This document shows positions 1 through 11,300 of a DNA stretch of 64,000 nt, in pieces. Position 1 is the first letter of the stretch. Every line of letters begins with the position of its first letter. The notes under the pieces were generated by a model. It saw nothing but the letters and a program-made list of their open reading frames with translations, did no database searches and was not told where the DNA came from. Location: contig JAYVLO010000029.1 of NCBI GenBank assembly GCA_043759455.1, positions 30,298 to 94,297 on the forward strand. Reading direction: 5' to 3'. This stretch comes from Pseudolysobacter sp. (GTDB lineage: Bacteria; Pseudomonadota; Gammaproteobacteria; Xanthomonadales; Rhodanobacteraceae). The position numbers and the translations under genes are program-made.

Positions 1-1
1 C

Positions 2-388
2 ATCTACATGATCCCTTATTGCAGCTCCGGGTCGCTGAAAAATCCCGAGACGCAGGAAAAGTTCAAGTAGGGTCCGGTCGGCACGATTTTCCTGCGCCAG
101 CCCGGCCCGATGAAGATGGGCGGATCGTTGGCGCAATGGTTCTTTTTCTGCCTTTTTGTGTCGTTCTCGTGCGCTTGTATTGCTTGCCCCGTACTAGCTG
201 CGGGGGCGCCGTATCGCTTTGTGTTCCACACCATCGCCGTGGCTGCGTTCATGGCGCATGCGCTCGGCTCGTTGCCGAACGGCATCTGGTGGGGCCACCC
301 GTGGCGCAGCGTGTTCAAGTACGTGATCGACGGCCTGATCTATGCGCTGATCGTCGGCGCCACATTCGCCTGGCTGTGGCCGCAATAA
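2..388 (+). pseudogene. 3' part of a membrane protein of unknown function, 5'-truncated by the window edge, with an in-frame TAG at 68-70
   Basis: The frame from position 2 reads IYMIPYCSSGSLKNPETQEKFK*GPVGTIFLRQPGPMKMGGSLAQWFFFCLFVSF...WWGHPW...DGLIYALIVGATFAWLWP. It is continuous and protein-like on both sides of the stop, with hydrophobic helices. Confidence 0.55.
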
Positions 389-508
389 ACGATAGCGTTA
401 GTCTTTTTTCGGATTCGGCGCGGCCTGAAATGCACTGGCGTCTGGCGCGGTCACACAGAAGACCCGCCAGACGTTATCATTCGCCAACCCCGTCGATTCG
501 GAAAACCC

Positions 509-1015
509 ATGTTGAAAAGATTGTCGCTGTTATCCCTGTTCGCATTGGCGCTGGTCGGCTGCGGATTCCAGTTGCGCGGCGAGGCTCAGTTGCCGCCGGG
601 CATGCAGCGCGTCATCGTGGTATCGGCGGATCCGTTCAGTCCGCTCAAGCGTAATCTCGAAGATGCGTTGCGCCGCTCGGGCGCCACGGTCGAAGAAAAG
701 CCCGGCGACGGCATCGCCGAACTCAAGCTGCCGGTGGTCACGATCAGTCCGGAAGTTTCATCGGTCGGCATCGCCCAGCATGTGCGCGAATTCATCATGC
801 TTTATCACGTCGAGCTCGAAGTGGTGAATTCCGAAGGCAAGATCATCGTGGCGAAGCAGATTGTCGAACTCACGCGCGATTTCACTTTCAACGACACCCA
901 GGCGCTCGGCATCGGCGTCGAACAGGATGAACTCAAACGGCAGATGCAGCGCGACATGGTGCAGTCGGTGATGCGTCGCATCGAAGCCGTCGGCAAGGCC
1001 GCTGCCGCGCATTGA
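509..1015 (+). CDS. lptE: LPS assembly lipoprotein LptE
   Basis: Lipobox LVGC followed by GFQLRG, the typical LptE start; immediately upstream of holA. Confidence 0.9.
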   Translation: MLKRLSLLSLFALALVGCGFQLRGEAQLPPGMQRVIVVSADPFSPLKRNLEDALRRSGATVEEKPGDGIAELKLPVVTISPEVSSVGIAQHVREFIMLYHVELEVVNSEGKIIVAKQIVELTRDFTFNDTQALGIGVEQDELKRQMQRDMVQSVMRRIEAVGKAAAAH

Positions 1016-1053
1016 TGCGATAGCTCCGGCATCGTAGTCACCGCTTCCGCCGC

Positions 1054-2073
1054 ATGTCGATCACGCTCGCGCAACTGCATAAACACCTCGCCGGCGACAC
1101 ATTGCGCCCGGTTTATCTGCTTGCCGGCGAAGAGCACCTGCTGTTGCTCGAAGCCGCCGATGCGATTCGCTTACGCGCCCGCGCGCTCGGATTCACCGAG
1201 CGCGAGGTGATCGATCTCGAAGCCAATGGCGACTGGAACGAGCTCAGCATGGCGGCCTCGGCGATGTCATTGTTCGCCACACGCAAGGTCATTGATTTGC
1301 GTCTGCCCAGCGGCAAGCCCGGCAAGGATGGCGCCGCCGCGATCATCGAATATTGCGAAAATCCGCCGCCCGATACTGTATTGCTGATCACCAGCACGCA
1401 GTGGAGCAAGGCGCATGAAACGGCGTGGGTGGCGGCGCTCGAAAAGGTCGGATTATTTGTACCGTGCTGGCCGATCAAGCTCGGTGAATTGCCGGCGTGG
1501 ATCGAGCAGCGTTTGGCTGCGCGTGGCCTCAAGGCGAATCGCGATGCAGCGGCGTTATTGGCCGAGCGCGTGGAAGGCAATCTGCTCGCGGCGGCACAGG
1601 AAATCGACAAGCTCGTCCTGCTGCGCGGGCCGGGCACGATCGATGTCGCGGCGATGGAAGATCTCGTCGCCGACAGCGCGCGTTTCGATGCGTTCAAGCT
1701 CACCGATGCGGCGTGCAGCGGCGATGGCGAACGTTGCCTGCGCATTCTCGCCGGCCTGCGTGCCGAAGGCGAACAAGTACCGCCGTTGCTCGGCTGGATC
1801 CTGAATCAACTGCAATTGCTCGCGCGCTTGTCGGCGCAATCGGCCAATCTCGCCGCGGCGTTGCGCAGCGAGCGTGTCTGGCCCGCGCGCGAGGCTATGT
1901 ATCGCCGCGCGCTCGGTCGCAGCGATCGCAGTCATTGGGAACGTTGCCTGCGTCAGGCCACGCGCATCGACCGCATCAGCAAGGGCCGCGGCGCGGGTGA
2001 TGCGTGGCTCGAACTCGAACGTCTGCTCGTGGCGATGGCGCAGCCACGTGCCGCACGCCTGCTTGCGAGCTGA
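1054..2073 (+). CDS. holA: DNA polymerase III subunit delta
   Basis: 339 aa; LRPVYLLAGEE, SLFATRKVIDL and EGNLLAAAQEIDKL motifs; lptE-holA-nadD synteny. Confidence 0.95.
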   Translation: MSITLAQLHKHLAGDTLRPVYLLAGEEHLLLLEAADAIRLRARALGFTEREVIDLEANGDWNELSMAASAMSLFATRKVIDLRLPSGKPGKDGAAAIIEYCENPPPDTVLLITSTQWSKAHETAWVAALEKVGLFVPCWPIKLGELPAWIEQRLAARGLKANRDAAALLAERVEGNLLAAAQEIDKLVLLRGPGTIDVAAMEDLVADSARFDAFKLTDAACSGDGERCLRILAGLRAEGEQVPPLLGWILNQLQLLARLSAQSANLAAALRSERVWPAREAMYRRALGRSDRSHWERCLRQATRIDRISKGRGAGDAWLELERLLVAMAQPRAARLLAS

Positions 2074-2081
2074 GGAATCTC

Positions 2082-2738
2082 GTGAGCGCGCAGCGGCCTC
2101 TCGCCTTGCTCGGCGGCACCTTCGATCCGATCCATCTCGGTCACTTGCGCGTGGCGTGGGAAGCCGCCGAGGCGCTCGATGCCGACGTGCATCTGCTGCT
2201 CGCCAATCAGCCGCCACATCGTCCCGCGCCCGTGGCGAATGTTGCGCAGCGCGTCGCCGTGTTGCGCGCCGCGCTGGCCGGACAACAACGCTTGCACCTC
2301 GACCTGCGTGAGCTAACTCGTACCGGGCCGTCTTATAGCGTCGATACGCTGATCGAAGTGCGCGCCGAGATCGGCCCGCAACGGTCGTTGATCTTGTTGC
2401 TCGGCGCCGATGCGTTTGCCGGATTGCCGGGTTGGCATCGCTGGCAGGAATTATTCGATCTTGCGCATATCGTCGTGCTCACGCGTCCGGGTTTGGTCGC
2501 AGCGCTCGGCGCAGAGTTGCAAGCGCAGGTAAGGGCGCGCGAGGTGGCTGAGGTGGAAATCCTCGCGACGCGAGCGGCCGGTGGGGTGTTCCATCTGCCA
2601 GTCACACCGCTGGATATTTCCGCGACGCAGATCCGCCAACTGCTGCGCGATGGCCGTGAACCGCGTTATTTGCTGCCCGATGCCGTGCTTGCCGATCCGG
2701 GCTTGCTCGATGCCTATCGACTCGGCACTGGCAATTGA
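2082..2738 (+). CDS. nadD: Nicotinate-nucleotide adenylyltransferase
   Basis: [11 protein letters not shown] (HxGH), [14 protein letters not shown] and ISATQIR motifs. GTG start at 2082 chosen after GAGGA. Confidence 0.95.
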   Translation: MSAQRPLALLGGTFDPIHLGHLRVAWEAAEALDADVHLLLANQPPHRPAPVANVAQRVAVLRAALAGQQRLHLDLRELTRTGPSYSVDTLIEVRAEIGPQRSLILLLGADAFAGLPGWHRWQELFDLAHIVVLTRPGLVAALGAELQAQVRAREVAEVEILATRAAGGVFHLPVTPLDISATQIRQLLRDGREPRYLLPDAVLADPGLLDAYRLGTGN

Positions 2739-2931
2739 CTGGTATCGACAGACCGCGCCAAACACGCGTGATTTTGCTGAACCGCACGCGAAAATCCGTT
2801 CATTCACGCAGGTCGTAACAGCCGGATTTAAGCCGTCGTCACTTCCGCCACCGCCAAATCAGCGTATATTGGTGCCGCCCGGCCAGCCGAGTTCTGCGGC
2901 CGGTTTATCAAAACACAGAGGTAATACCCGC

Positions 2932-3348
2932 TTGGCAACTGCAGCGAAAGCCAGTCCGAAAACAAAAGCCCGCCCCCGAATCAAAGCGCCTGTCGATCAG
3001 GCCGAGCATCTGCGCTTGCAGGTCATCAAGGCGGTGGAAGATCTCAAAGCAAAAGACGTGCGCGAGATCGATGTGCGCGGCAAGACATCCGTCACCGATC
3101 TGATGGTGATCGCGAGCGGCACATCCTCACGTCACGTCAGATCCATCGCCGATGAAGTCCTCAAGCTCGCCAAGCAGATTGGCGTGGTACCGATCGGTGT
3201 CGAAGGCCAGCGCGAAGCCGAGTGGGTGCTCGTCGATCTCGGTGACATCGTGGTGCATGTGATGCTGCCGCGCGTGCGCGAGTTCTATGCGCTCGAACGC
3301 CTGTGGACTGTTGGCGACGATATGCCGGAATCTGCTGCGCTGAATTGA
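2932..3348 (+). CDS. rsfS: Ribosome silencing factor RsfS
   Basis: [24 protein letters not shown] and [22 protein letters not shown] motifs. TTG start at 2932 follows GAGGT. Confidence 0.93.
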   Translation: MATAAKASPKTKARPRIKAPVDQAEHLRLQVIKAVEDLKAKDVREIDVRGKTSVTDLMVIASGTSSRHVRSIADEVLKLAKQIGVVPIGVEGQREAEWVLVDLGDIVVHVMLPRVREFYALERLWTVGDDMPESAALN

Positions 3349-3369
3349 GCGCCTTCAACAGGATGTTAG

Positions 3370-3732
3370 ATGGCCGAGCATGTTACCCGTCAAATCTCCC
3401 CTGATCTTTTGCTTGCAGAGTTTTCGGTTGTATGTGAGGCACTAATCGCTTCCGGAAGCTCTTGCGTGACGCTTATGTTTGGTTGGGGAAGTGAGCTTGA
3501 TATTGACGAAATGTGGAAAAAGCAGTTTGTCGCTATGAGCGATGTTAGGGGTGTGGTTGCCGAAGCAGTGAGCCAAGGGATTTTGACAATTGGTCAAGCT
3601 GATATACACATTCAAGTTCCGGACTTCGAATTTAAGCTTTGCCATGAGAGCGACATGCACATTAGCGGTAGCTTACCGCTAGTCGAGCAGCTGTCGCGAC
3701 GGTGGGCTTCGCTAGGTTACTCCCGAAACTAG
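3370..3732 (+). CDS. Hypothetical protein, 120 aa, AT-richer than its flanks
   Basis: Clean ATG..TAG ORF filling the rsfS-rlmH gap, with visibly different base composition. No family recognised. Confidence 0.6.
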   Translation: MAEHVTRQISPDLLLAEFSVVCEALIASGSSCVTLMFGWGSELDIDEMWKKQFVAMSDVRGVVAEAVSQGILTIGQADIHIQVPDFEFKLCHESDMHISGSLPLVEQLSRRWASLGYSRN

Positions 3733-3801
3733 TTCGTAATATGTGTGGCGTTTTTCTGAGCCATAGGGATCGCTGCTACTTCGCTGGCTTATATTGTAAA
3801 A

Positions 3802-4275
3802 ATGCGCGCCCGCCTGATCTCCATCGGTGAACGCATGCCCGCGTGGGTTTCCGCGGGCGTTGCCGAATACAGCAAACGCCTCAGCCATGACTTGCCGCTC
3901 GATGTGGTCGAGATTGCACTCGGTGCGCGTGGCAAGGGTCGCGACCTCGCACGCGCGATCAGTGACGAAGGTACGGCGATGCTTGCAGCGATTCCCAAAG
4001 GCGCGCACGTCGTCGCGCTCGATGGTCGCGGCAGCGTATGGAGCAGCGAGCAGCTCGCCGAACAACTCGCGCGCTGGCGCATGCTAGGCCAGGATCTCGC
4101 ATTTTTGATCGGCGGCCCGGATGGCCTTGCGCCCGATGCGCTCGCGCGTGCGAATCAGCGCTGGTCGCTCGGTCCGCTGACCTTGCCGCATCCGACCGTG
4201 CGCATCGTGCTCGCCGAGCAGCTCTATCGCGCCGTGAGCCAGCTCGGTAATCATCCGTACCATCGCGGCGGCTGA
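3802..4275 (+). CDS. rlmH: 23S rRNA m3-pseudouridine1915 methyltransferase RlmH
   Basis: SPOUT motifs [29 protein letters not shown] and HPYHR. Confidence 0.96.
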   Translation: MRARLISIGERMPAWVSAGVAEYSKRLSHDLPLDVVEIALGARGKGRDLARAISDEGTAMLAAIPKGAHVVALDGRGSVWSSEQLAEQLARWRMLGQDLAFLIGGPDGLAPDALARANQRWSLGPLTLPHPTVRIVLAEQLYRAVSQLGNHPYHRGG

Positions 4276-4311
4276 GCACGCCGCGTTCGCCTTGCACGCA
4301 TACAATAGCGA

Positions 4312-5196
4312 TTAGACCAGCGGATCTTCCTTGATCTTCAGCGCGATGCCGTCCTTGCCGCGATTCGTCGCGACTTCGCGATAACCGAGATCCTTGAACG
4401 GCTGTGCCGCATCCCATGGAATCGCGGCTTTTTTCGGCACCGATCCTGCGACCGGCAGCGGCCACATCAACGACTCGGCAGCATAGTGCTTGATGTGCCC
4501 CGTCGTGTGTTCGTGCAGCTGATGGATGTGACCGTAGAACACGGTGACGTTGGCGAACGGCATGAGCATGTCGATCACTTTGTCGCCGTTGCGCGTGGCC
4601 CAATCCCACGATGGCATGAGGTCAAACAGCGGGCGGTGCGTGAGCACGACGAGCGGCGTATTTTTCGGATGTTTGGCAAGATCGGCTGCCAGCCATTCGA
4701 GCTGCGCCGGAGCGATGCCGAGCGCCGCATTGGTAACGTTGTCGATCACGACAAAATGGATGCCCTTGTGATCGAAACTGTAATGCAGCTCGCCGAAAAA
4801 TTCCTGGTAGGCCTCGCCCTTGTCGGCGGTTGCATCGTGCTCACCTGGCAGGTAGCGCACGCCCTTGCACTTCAGCGTGCGCGCGATCTCGCGGAACTCG
4901 CGCATGCGTCGCCGTCGCTCGACCGGATCCTCGGTCGTCTGCGTCAGATCGCCGGTGAATACGACAAAATCCGGTCCGGGCTTGAGTTTATTCACCGCGG
5001 CGATCGAGCGCTGCAGGCTGATCGCGAATTCGGGATTGATCTTCGCATCGGTAAAACCCCAATGCACATCCGACAACTGCACGAACTAAAAATCCTGCGA
5101 CGCGGCGCACGCGATGCCGGTCAGGCCGGACGCGAATACCACAACGCCGAGTGCGGCGATTTCGAGAAACTGGCGACGATTGATCGGGTGATTCAT
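4312..5196 (-). pseudogene. Exported calcineurin-like metallophosphoesterase with an in-frame TAG at 5086-5088
   Basis: Twin-Arg-like leader MNHPINRRQFLEIAALG, then SQDF*FVQLSDVHWG in one frame. Metal-binding motifs DVH, GDL, GEHD, HRP and GHIH are present. Confidence 0.8.
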
Positions 5197-5206
5197 GGTG
5201 CTGCTT

Positions 5207-5724
5207 CGTTGTACTGCCGCATTTCGATGCGGCGTACAACCTCGCGCGCTGGTTGACCGAAAATGTGAGCGATGCGCAGGACGTGGCGCAGGAAGCGTTG
5301 TTGCGCGCGTTTCGTTTCGTCGACGGTTTTCATGGCAGCCGCGCGCGCGTGGTTGCGCACGATCGTGGGGCATGCGGCATATAGCTGGCTCGAACGGCAT
5401 CGTCCGCAACAACTTGCGGCAGTGCCGGAAACCGCGCTAGATGCTGCCGAGCAGAGTGGCGCGATTGAACCTGCGCCGAGTCCGGAAAAAGTGCTCAACG
5501 ATCAGCATACGCATGCGCTGCTGCTCGCGTTGATGAATGAATTGCCGTTGCCGTTTCGCGAGGTGCTGGTGTTGCGCGAGCTGGAAGAACTGAGTTATCG
5601 CGAGATCGCCGCGATCACTGATTTGCCGATCGGCACGGTGATGTCGCGGCTCGCACGCGCGCGCCTGCAACTGCGCGCAGCATGGGCGCAACGCGGACTC
5701 GAGGCGACAAACCATGGACTGTGA
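5207..5724 (+). pseudogene. ECF RNA polymerase sigma factor, N-terminus missing and frameshifted near 5340
   Basis: One frame gives VVLPHFDAAYNLARWLTENVSDAQDVAQEALLRAFRF (region 2). Another continues ARAWLRTIV...[41 protein letters not shown] (region 4). Confidence 0.8.
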
Positions 5725-6124
5725 AACGCTGGCGCCATTGCTGGATCTGTATGTCGATGGCGAAACCGACCTCACGCAGACGTTGTCGATCGAGCAGCAT
5801 CTCGCCAGTCCTGAAATGGTATCTGCGTAAGCCGAGTGCCGAAACTCGCCTCGCCACCGAACGGGTCGCCGCGCATGTACGCTCGCAGCTCGCGGCGCAT
5901 CTGACGGATGTCGTGTCGTCGGATCAGCACACGGTGCGACCGTGGTTCAACGGTCGCATCGATTGGGTTCCGTGCCGGCCGATGCCAAGCCGCAGGCGTC
6001 GTCATTGCAGGGTTTTCACCTGTTGCGCTGGATGCAATCCGGGCGGGTGTTGTGGGTGATTTCGGATGCGAGCGAAGGCACCTTGCAGGGTTTTGCCGAG
6101 GCGTTCAAACAAACCACGTCCTGA
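5714..6124 (+). pseudogene. Anti-sigma factor remnant with internal deletions and frameshifts
   Basis: Three frames hold consecutive pieces: zinc-type N-terminus [23 protein letters not shown], then [30 protein letters not shown], then [18 protein letters not shown]. The start overlaps the sigma gene end. Confidence 0.75.
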
Positions 6125-6200
6125 GTCTTGCGCTTGATCCGCGGATGATTTCCGCGTGTTATTTTATCGACCTTGATTCAGCCATGCGGATTCGGAAACC

Positions 6201-6758
6201 ATGCTTTATCTCGCTTCGCAATCGCCGCGTCGGCGCCAGTTGCTGGAACAGCTCGGGATGTCGTTCAACGTGCTCGATGTCGACGTGCCGGAGGTTCGCG
6301 CAGAGGGCGAACCCACACACGACTACATCAGCCGCGTTGCGCGCGAGAAAGCCGGCGCGGGCCTGCTGCAGGTGATCGGCAATGCCGGCGCGCGCGTGCT
6401 TGGTGCAGATACCGAAGTCGTGCTCGTCGATCGTGTGTTCGGCAAACCCGAGGATGCGGCGCAGGCCAGCGCGATGTTGCGCGAACTGGCCGGGCGCATG
6501 CACTACGCCGTCACCGCAGTGTGGCTGGTCGATGGCGGCCACGAAGCCCGCGCGATCAGTGTCTCCGAAGTTACATTCGCCGATCTCGATGACGCCGAAA
6601 TCGACGCCTACGTCGCCACGGGCGAGCCGTTCGGCCGGGCCGGCGGCTACGCAATCCAGGGTCATGCGGGCGCATTCGTGCGCCATCTGAGCGGCAGTTA
6701 TTCGGGCGTGATGGGCCTGCCGCTATACGAGACGGCACGGTTGCTGCGCGAGTTTTAA
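6201..6758 (+). CDS. maf: Maf family nucleoside triphosphate pyrophosphatase
   Basis: LYLASQSPRRRQLL, LGADTEV and RAGGYAIQG motifs; maf-rng synteny. Confidence 0.93.
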   Translation: MLYLASQSPRRRQLLEQLGMSFNVLDVDVPEVRAEGEPTHDYISRVAREKAGAGLLQVIGNAGARVLGADTEVVLVDRVFGKPEDAAQASAMLRELAGRMHYAVTAVWLVDGGHEARAISVSEVTFADLDDAEIDAYVATGEPFGRAGGYAIQGHAGAFVRHLSGSYSGVMGLPLYETARLLREF

Positions 6759-6862
6759 TCAGTATCCAGCTACACCGCTGAGTCCAGTAATTCCGCGGTA
6801 TTCGACAAGTTCAGCCAGTCCCGGCTATAAACCATCCATTGAAGCTTTATTGATGGCGAATC

Positions 6863-8347
6863 GTGTCTGAGGAAATCCTGATCAACGTCACCCCGCGCGA
6901 AACGCGCGTCGCGGTGGTCGAAAACGGCATGCTGCAGGAAATGCATGTCGAACGTGCGCTGAAACGCGGTTATGTCGGCAATGTCTACAAAGGTCGGGTG
7001 TCGCGCGTAATGCCCGGCATGCAGGCGGCGTTTGTCGAAATCGGCCTCGGTCGCGCGGCGTTTTTGCATGCGTCGGATATTTTTCGCGCGCCGACGGCGT
7101 TGCCGGTCGATGGCGCCGAAAACGGTTCGGCGGCGACGCTGGTGCCGCCGATCAACGAGCTGCTGCACGAAGGCCAGGAAGTGGTCGTCCAAGTAGTGAA
7201 AGATCCGATCGGCAGCAAGGGCGCGCGGCTCACGACACACCTGTCGATTCCGTCGCGTTACCTGGTGCTATTGCCGTACAGCAAGGTGCTCGGCGTATCG
7301 GTGCGCATCGAGGACGAAACCGAACGCGCGCGGCTCAAGGAAATGCTCGTCGCGCTCGCGGCCGATGGCGGCATCGGTTACATCGTGCGCACCAATGCCG
7401 AGGGCCAGACCAGCGAAGCACTGGCTGAGGATATCGATTATCTGGGCAAGCTGTGGATCGCCTTGCGCGAGAATATCAAGCGCACCCAGGTCGGTCAGTG
7501 CATCTATGAGGATCTCGCATTGCCGCTGCGCGCGTTGCGCGACCTGATGCGCAAGGATGTAGAGAAAGTACGCGTCGATTCGCACGAAACCTACGACAAG
7601 ACGATTCGTTTCGCGCAGCAGTTCATGCCCGAACTGGTCGATCGTATCGAGCATTATCCGGGCGAGCGCCCGATCTTCGATCTGTACGGCGTCGAGGACG
7701 AAATCCAGCGCGCGTTGAAGAAGGATGTGCCGTTGAAGTCCGGCGGTTATCTGATCATCGACCAGACCGAAGCGATGACCACGGTCGATGTCAATACCGG
7801 CGCGTTTCTCGGTCATCGCAATCTCGAGGAAACCGTCTACAAGACCAATCTCGAAGCGGCGCAATCGACCGCACGACAACTGCGACTGCGCAATCTCGGC
7901 GGCATCATCATCATCGATTTTATCGACATGATCGATGAGGAGCACAAGCGCCAGGTGTTGCGCATGCTCGAAAAATCGCTGCTGCGCGATCACGCCAAAA
8001 CCACCGTGTATGACATCTCGCCGCTCGGCCTGGTCGAGATGACGCGCAAGCGCACCACCGAAAGTCTCGAGCGCCAATTATGCGAACCGTGCCCGACCTG
8101 CAACGGTCGCGGCAGTCTCAAGACTTCGGAAACCGTGACTTACGAAATCTTCCGCGAGATCACGCGCGCGGTGCGCCAGTTCGAAGCCGCCACGCTGCTT
8201 GTGCTGGCCTCGACCAAGGTGGTCAGCAAGATTCTCGAAGAGGAATCCGCTGCGGTCGCCGAGCTCGAGGAATTCATCGGCAAGACGATTCGTTTCCAGC
8301 CCGAAGAAAATTATTCGCAGGAGCAATACGATGTGGTGCTGCTGTAA
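6863..8347 (+). CDS. rng: Ribonuclease G
   Basis: 494 aa; GNVYKGRV.RV.PGMQAAFV (S1), DVNTG, RLRNLGGIIIIDFIDM and GLVEMTRKR motifs. Confidence 0.96.
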   Translation: MSEEILINVTPRETRVAVVENGMLQEMHVERALKRGYVGNVYKGRVSRVMPGMQAAFVEIGLGRAAFLHASDIFRAPTALPVDGAENGSAATLVPPINELLHEGQEVVVQVVKDPIGSKGARLTTHLSIPSRYLVLLPYSKVLGVSVRIEDETERARLKEMLVALAADGGIGYIVRTNAEGQTSEALAEDIDYLGKLWIALRENIKRTQVGQCIYEDLALPLRALRDLMRKDVEKVRVDSHETYDKTIRFAQQFMPELVDRIEHYPGERPIFDLYGVEDEIQRALKKDVPLKSGGYLIIDQTEAMTTVDVNTGAFLGHRNLEETVYKTNLEAAQSTARQLRLRNLGGIIIIDFIDMIDEEHKRQVLRMLEKSLLRDHAKTTVYDISPLGLVEMTRKRTTESLERQLCEPCPTCNGRGSLKTSETVTYEIFREITRAVRQFEAATLLVLASTKVVSKILEEESAAVAELEEFIGKTIRFQPEENYSQEQYDVVLL

Positions 8348-8398
8348 TTTTCGCGGCATCGCGTGTTGCGACAGGATGATCGTGCGAGGAGAACTTCG

Positions 8399-11300
8399 AT
8401 GACGCCGTGGCGTCGCCACTTGCGCCGTCTGCGCCTGTGGCTGGTGCGCTTGTTGGCACTCGCGCTGATCGCGATGGCACTGGTGATGGGGCTCGGCCAG
8501 CTGGCGTTGCCGTGGGTGATCAGCCATCCGGAAAAAATTACCGCGTTTCTCAGCGACAAGCTGCATCGCCCGATCAGCATCGACAAGATCGACGGCACCT
8601 GGGAGCGCAGCGGGCCGGTGCTGTCCCTGCACGGTTTGCATCTCGGCGCCGCCGATGCGAGCCAGCAGGCGATGCTGATTCCGCAGGCCGAAATCGCGCT
8701 GAATTTTTTCGCGTGGCTGCACCAGAATCAACGCTGGAACGAGTTTCGCCTGAGCGGTCTGGATCTGGTTTTGAGCCATGATGCGCCGGATGGTTCGTGG
8801 CGCATCCACGGTTTTGTCGCCGACAACAACGATCAGCAGGACGATGGCGACAATCCATTGTTCCAGCTCGGTTCGCTGGTGCTGCGCGACCTGCATCTGC
8901 GCGTCGATGACACGCCGCATCAACGCCAGTTGCGGCTCGACATTTCGGAGCTGCGCCTGATCAATCAGGGCAGTGCGCATCGTTTGCTTGCACGTGCGCA
9001 ATGCGTCGAAATGCAATCGCCGCCGATGGCGCTCGTGGCCGAATACGATACCTATTCGCGCAACGGCCGGCTTTATCTCGGCGCGACTCAGCTCGATCTC
9101 GCCGGATTGCTGCGGCTGTTTCCGTTGCGTGGTCTGGCGCTCGCGAGTGGCGGCGGCGATGCGCAATTCTGGGTCGACTGGCGTGCCGGTGCGCTCTACG
9201 CGGTGCGTGCCGAAATCGATCTTCGCAAATTGGTATTGCAGACCACCGCGCCGATCGATACCGGCAGCGTCGGCGACATCGTGCCCCGTATCGGTCTCGA
9301 TCGTTTCGCGTTTGGCGCGCGGCTGCAGCGTAATGCTCAGGGTTGGCGTGCCGATGTCGCGGACCTGCGCATGGACCGCGACGGCCAGGCCGGCGTGCCC
9401 GGACGTTTCAGTATCGAGCAGCGTACTGCGCCAGCGCCGCCGATAACGCCGATGTTGCCGGAAGGTCTGCTGTTATCGCCGCTCGACGAAACCGCCGACA
9501 AGATGGTGCTGGCCGCGGCCGACGACAACGGCGCGAGCATGACTAATGCCACCGTCGAATATGTCGGTTCGGCCAGTGATCTCGATTTGAGCGCACTCGC
9601 CAGCTTGTCGATGCTCAGTGACGCGTTGCCGGCCGGTTTGCGGCAGTGGTTGTACAACGCGAGTCCGCACGGTGTCGCGCACAACGTGAGCCTGCGGTAT
9701 CACGATGGCCACGATTACGACGTTGCCGCAAACATCGGCTCTGTCGCATGGATGCCGGTCGGCAAACTTCCGGGCGTGGAAGGTTTGAACTTCGAAGCGC
9801 TGGCCGACGCGCAAGCGCTCAGCATTAGTTTGCCGACGCGCACGCCGTTGCGCTTGCCGATGCCGCAGGTGTTCCGCTCGACCATCGAGCTCGCCGAATT
9901 CAGCGGCAAGGTCGCGGCGTATCGCACCGACAAGGCATGGCGCATCGAAATCCCCGGTATGCGGTTCGAAGGCCAGCCGGTGGCCGGGCTCGGCTACGGC
10001 GGCGAGTTGCGCGGTAGCATTGATCTGAATGTCGACGGCTCGCGGCCGTTCATCGACATGTACGCGGCGATCACGCACGCCGACATGCTGGCGACACATC
10101 CGTTCTGGCCGTACAACAACATGCCGAAGCAGGGCGTGGCGTGGCTTGATCGCGGCCTCGCCGGCGGTCGCTTGAGCGGGCGCGCGGCTTTTCGCGGCAA
10201 CCTCGGCGACTGGCCGTTCCGCAATCAACTCGGCCAGTTCACTGCACACATCGATCTCGACGATGCGATCCTCGACTACAACCCGGAGTGGCCGCGTATC
10301 GAGCATCTGCGAGCGACCGCCGATTTCCTCAACACCAGTCTGCATGTCGTGACGAGCGCGGGCCAGACGCTCGGCAATAAACTGATTAGCGGCAGCGCAG
10401 ACATTTCGGATTTTGCGCACGCCATCATCGAGATCCAGCTCGCGGGCGAAGGCAGCGGCAAGACCCTGCTGGATTTTCTGCATGCCAGCCCGATCGGCAA
10501 ACGTTATGCCGAGCAATTGCGCGGCGTCGGTATTTCCGGCGTCGGCAAACTCGCGCTGCAATTGCATCTGCCGCTCGGCAACGACCAAGGCCCGCTGAAG
10601 CTCGACGGCAGCGTCAACATAAGCGATGCCGATCTGTCGGCTAGCGGACCGAACTTGCGCCTGACCCAGGCCAACGGCAAGGTGGTTTTCAGCGAGCGCG
10701 GTTTCGGCATCGACGACATGGCCGTGCGCTACGAAGATCAGCCTGCACGTTTTGCATTGCGCGTTGGCAGCGCCTACATGCGCGATCCGCAGCATCAGGC
10801 CGAAGCCAGTCTGCACAGCAACTTGCCGGCAGCGATCCTGCTCAAACGCGTGCCGGTATTGTTGCCGTATCAGAAATTCATCGCCGGCAGCGCCGACTGG
10901 ACCGTCGACTACAGCGTCGATGACAACCAAGGCAAGGGCGATTCCGCACAGCGCCTGATCGTCGGCTCCGATTTGAAGGGCGTCGCGATCAGCTTGCCCG
11001 CGCCGATGCACAAGGACAGCAACGAAGTGCAGGCGCTACGTGTGATCGTGCCGCTGCCATTTGAAGGCGGCGATTTGCAGGCGCGGCTCGGCGATATTGC
11101 GCAGATGCGCGCACGGCTGGAGAAAGACACGACACCATTCGCCGGTCATCTCGCTTTTGGCGCCGGTATGCCAGATGCGTTGCCGAAGCGCGGCCTGCGC
11201 GTGAGCGGTGGTGTGGTCGAAGCGGATATCAGCGGCTGGATGGATTTTGTCGTCGGCAACAGTAGCAGCGGCAGCGGCAGTTTTATCGAGAGCGTCGATC

